Shown one piece after another: positions 61,372 through 64,000 of a stretch of DNA of 64,000 nucleotides. Position numbers and translations under genes: made by a program. This DNA is from an uncultured Candidatus Binatia bacterium (GTDB lineage Bacteria > Desulfobacterota > Binatia > Bin18): contig OZ243961.1 of NCBI GenBank assembly GCA_965214605.1, positions 2,496,001 through 2,560,000 of the forward strand, in the 5' to 3' direction. The stretch's first letter is position 1. Each line of letters opens with the position of its first letter. Below the pieces are notes generated by a model. It did not search any database, was not told the DNA's origin, and saw only the letters and a program-made list of their open reading frames with translations.

Positions 61372-61400
61372 ACTGTGAGACACTCCGGATCTTCCGTCAA
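61372..61400 (-). promoter_or_regulatory. Sigma70-like promoter
   Basis: TTGACG (61400-61395), 17-bp spacer, CACAGT (61377-61372). Confidence 0.5.
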
Positions 61401-61527
61401 GGGAAAACGGAACGTCTAGGGGAGAGAGCCCTTCCGTATTCCAAAGTCCAAGACCATACGGGCAAGGCGAGGCCCAACCGAAAGCACTAGGGGGATATCG
61501 GCAAGCCGTCCGAAGGAGGGGCATAGG

Positions 61528-61557
61528 AGCCGGATAAAGGACGTGCCTTATCCGGCT
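61528..61557. repeat. REP-like palindrome / hairpin downstream of the amidohydrolase
   Basis: AGCCGGATAA(A)GG-ACGTG-CCTTATCCGGCT. Confidence 0.6.
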
Positions 61558-61573
61558 TGAGGGCGGCTCGGCA

Positions 61574-62689
61574 TTACTCGATGCCGTATACCCGCGCCGC
61601 GGTATCGTGCACGATCTTTTGCCGATCGGCGTCCGACAGACTGCCAAACGTCTCTCTAATGAACTCCTGCGAACGTGGCCAGATGGCTGCCGTGTGGGGA
61701 TAGTCCGACGACCACATGGCGTTGTCGGCCGCATAACGGTGGAAACCGTCCAGCAAAATCGGCTCCTCGATAAAACTGGCGTAGACCTGGCGTTTGACGT
61801 ACTCACTCGGCTTCATGCTCAGCTCCACTGGTGTGGCTGAGGCTCGGCCGATCCGGCCGTGGGCAAAGTCCATCCGCCACATGAAGTACGGCATCCAGGC
61901 CACATCGTTCTCGGCCGAGACGATTGTCAGCTTCGGAAAGCGCTCCAACACCCCGCCCAGAACAAACACGGCGATGGAACGCTCCACCTCGTGGTGCAGG
62001 GTCGAGACCTGCAGGGCCAGATTGTCCTTAAAGAAATCGACCCCCATGCCCTTACGACCAGTCAGGATGTGCAGCGACAGGGGCATAGTAAGATCCGAGG
62101 CGGCCGCCCAGAACGGATCATAGTCCGGGTGGCTGTAGGGCCGGTCAGAAGGCGGCTCGGCCCAGATCATGGCGCCCCGCATCCCCTTCTTGGCGATCCG
62201 CTCCAGCTCTTTTATCCCAGCGTCAATATCTTCCAGGGTGATGAGCCCGAGCGGCAAGAGGCGTTTCGGATCATGGCTACAATACTCCACCGCCCAGTCA
62301 TTGTAGGCCTGAAAACAGGCGGTCCGTAGAGTGACATCGTCCAGCCCGTACAGTGGCATCCCCATAGAGGTGTAGATCACCTCGGCCTGTAAGCCGTCTC
62401 GGTCCTGGTCCTTAATCCGGGCCGCCGGGTCCCACACACTGGCCGGTGCCGCCTCAAACCCCTTCCGATTATGGGCGGGCAGGTCTGCCGAGGGCACGCC
62501 TGCGCCGAAAAACCCGGCCACCGGGATTGGGGAAATATTCTCACACACAAAGAACTCACCGTCTTTGCCCCCGTAGCCCTTGACGGTGTGCGGCGCGCGG
62601 TCGCGGAACTGCTTGTCCACCCGCTCGCCCCACATATCCGGGGGCTCCACAAAGTGCGAATCTGCCGAAATGACTCGGGTATCTGCCAT
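61574..62689 (-). CDS. Amidohydrolase_2 family protein
   Basis: ISADSH..EP, D.D.DG, AYNDW, LH, ERFP.L....E, WSSDYPH. Confidence 0.92.
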   Translation of the reverse strand: MADTRVISADSHFVEPPDMWGERVDKQFRDRAPHTVKGYGGKDGEFFVCENISPIPVAGFFGAGVPSADLPAHNRKGFEAAPASVWDPAARIKDQDRDGLQAEVIYTSMGMPLYGLDDVTLRTACFQAYNDWAVEYCSHDPKRLLPLGLITLEDIDAGIKELERIAKKGMRGAMIWAEPPSDRPYSHPDYDPFWAAASDLTMPLSLHILTGRKGMGVDFFKDNLALQVSTLHHEVERSIAVFVLGGVLERFPKLTIVSAENDVAWMPYFMWRMDFAHGRIGRASATPVELSMKPSEYVKRQVYASFIEEPILLDGFHRYAADNAMWSSDYPHTAAIWPRSQEFIRETFGSLSDADRQKIVHDTAARVYGIE

Positions 62690-62849
62690 AACTCACCCTC
62701 CTTATTAGGGACGCGTTGTTGGTAATTAACACCGTTTCTCTTCTCTCCCCCTACCACGCTGGGGGCAGAGATCAAGAGGCGTTCCGGCATTGAATCATGC
62801 GGCCGTTGGGGCCGCGATTTTTTGTTGGGGAGTGACGCACTGTTAGATC

Positions 62850-63235
62850 TGATCATTCGCAGCGGTCGGAGTCATCGACGTCGGCATTCAGGGCAAAACA
62901 ATTGCCGTCCGTGGTCAGCCGGGAACGCTCGGCGGCGAGGGCAGGCGGGTCATTGACGCGAGCGGAAAAATCGTGATGCCGGGCGGCGTCGAGCCCCACG
63001 CCCATATCGGCATTCCGGTACCGCCGGACTCGACGGGGCTCACGACCCAACCGCCGGAAGCCGTCAGTCGGGCGGCCGCGTTTGGCGGGGTGACGACGAT
63101 TATTGACGCTGCCGGCGATCTGTCGCGCCGGGCACTCAGCGGCGAGCGCCGCAGACCGGTCCTCGAGACACTCGACCGCCGGCCGGGCAGTGTTCCGTGA
63201 GCACTGTTCCATCGACTTTGCCTTGACGACGGTGC
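62850..63235 (+). pseudogene. N-terminal remnant of a dihydropyrimidinase/dihydroorotase-like amidohydrolase
   Basis: VDVGIQG..IA..., VIDASGKIVMPGGVEPHAH, SRAAAFGGVTTIID, then a stop and frameshift (CSIDFA). Confidence 0.75.
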
Positions 63236-63786
63236 ACTCAGGGCTCCTGCCGGAAGAAACGGTCAACGACGGAGACGGCACGGAACGCGCTCAGCCAAAT
63301 GCGGAAAGTCGGGTCAAGCCAACCGAGCCTCCTGAGACGCCTGAATTTACCACCGCGGAAAGCCGGCCTAGGGCGGCCGGACAGAGCGGAGCCGGACGGC
63401 AGCGCGGGAGAGTTGCCCCTACGCTCGGCGGTCGACCGGCTGCAATCGTACTCCCGGACATCGAACTCGGCGTCGGCTACCTCAAAAACGGAAGCAATTC
63501 TCCGATGCCGTGTGATCCGTTGTGGTATCGAATGACCGGCCCCGGCCCGGCCTTCTTATCGGGCCCGGAGCGGCCAAGGCGCCAAATGCACAATGTGGCG
63601 TTTATCGTTCGTCGAAAGATTTCACCACTTCACTCTATGTAAGGACCAATTCTGAAATCAGGGGCAAGTTGTGAATCTTGAAGTTCTGCCTCAACCTACA
63701 ATCATACACTCGCTGTGGGGAAGGAACGATTTGAAGGACCACACCATCGCCCTCCGAGAACTTTCCGAAGGAGGCCACACGCAGCC

Positions 63787-64000
63787 TCATTCGCCGTCAT
63801 CAGAGACCGCCGGATGCATGGTGACAACGCACTCCGCGATCAGATCGCCGACCAGGATCGCTCGGTCGGACTCACCCGGCGGCAGGCCGACGATTTCTGC
63901 GTGCGAAGGGTCCGGCTCGAACCCTTTCTCTGCCTCAAGCGGATCGTGGGCAATGCGCATCGTATCCAACTCCTCGGCCACCCGGCGCTTGACCGCGCCG
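63787..64000 (-). CDS. Hypothetical protein, 3' end (gene begins beyond the window)
   Basis: Protein-like open frame running to the window edge (...HDP......DPSHAEIVGLP...). Confidence 0.5.
   Translation of the reverse strand, partial: GAVKRRVAEELDTMRIAHDPLEAEKGFEPDPSHAEIVGLPPGESDRAILVGDLIAECVVTMHPAVSDDGE

Noticed and set aside
61000-61560. Group II intron, tmRNA, RNase P, SRP or a known riboswitch
   Set aside because: There is a GTGCG on the minus strand but no domain V or RT ORF, and the hallmark motifs of the other families are not seen.
1-64000. tRNA, rRNA, transposase, integrase or cas genes
   Set aside because: None recognised by eye; tRNAscan-SE, ISEScan and CRISPRCasTyper would be needed to confirm absence.

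Overview
GC-rich bacterial chromosomal window, mostly accessory and catabolic metabolism. It carries pilD, a fused EtfB-EtfA, a Co-type nitrile hydratase operon (nthB-nthA-accessory) followed by an epoxide hydrolase, tldD-pmbA, leuCD, moaA, ptsP, thiD, HU and alkA. It also has many CoA-, F420- and oxygenase-type enzymes (LLMs, Rieske oxygenase, P450, three intact class III CoA transferases plus a broken one), a DUF1329/DUF1302 pair and tandem DUF5916 outer-membrane proteins. Several genes are frameshifted or fragmentary. The gene content suggests a Binatia/deltaproteobacteria-like lineage (inference only). Two features stand out. (1) An orphan type I-E-like CRISPR mini-array (5 repeats, 38815-39083) whose last repeat directly abuts the stop codon of a DUF790/Bax1-like PD-(D/E)xK nuclease gene, next to a GmrSD-like restriction remnant, with no cas genes in the window. 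(2) A candidate ~300-nt highly structured minus-strand RNA (~61080-61365) with its own sigma70-like promoter and three helices in crossing order, matching no RNA family I recognise. All product calls come from motif recognition by eye, not from database searches.
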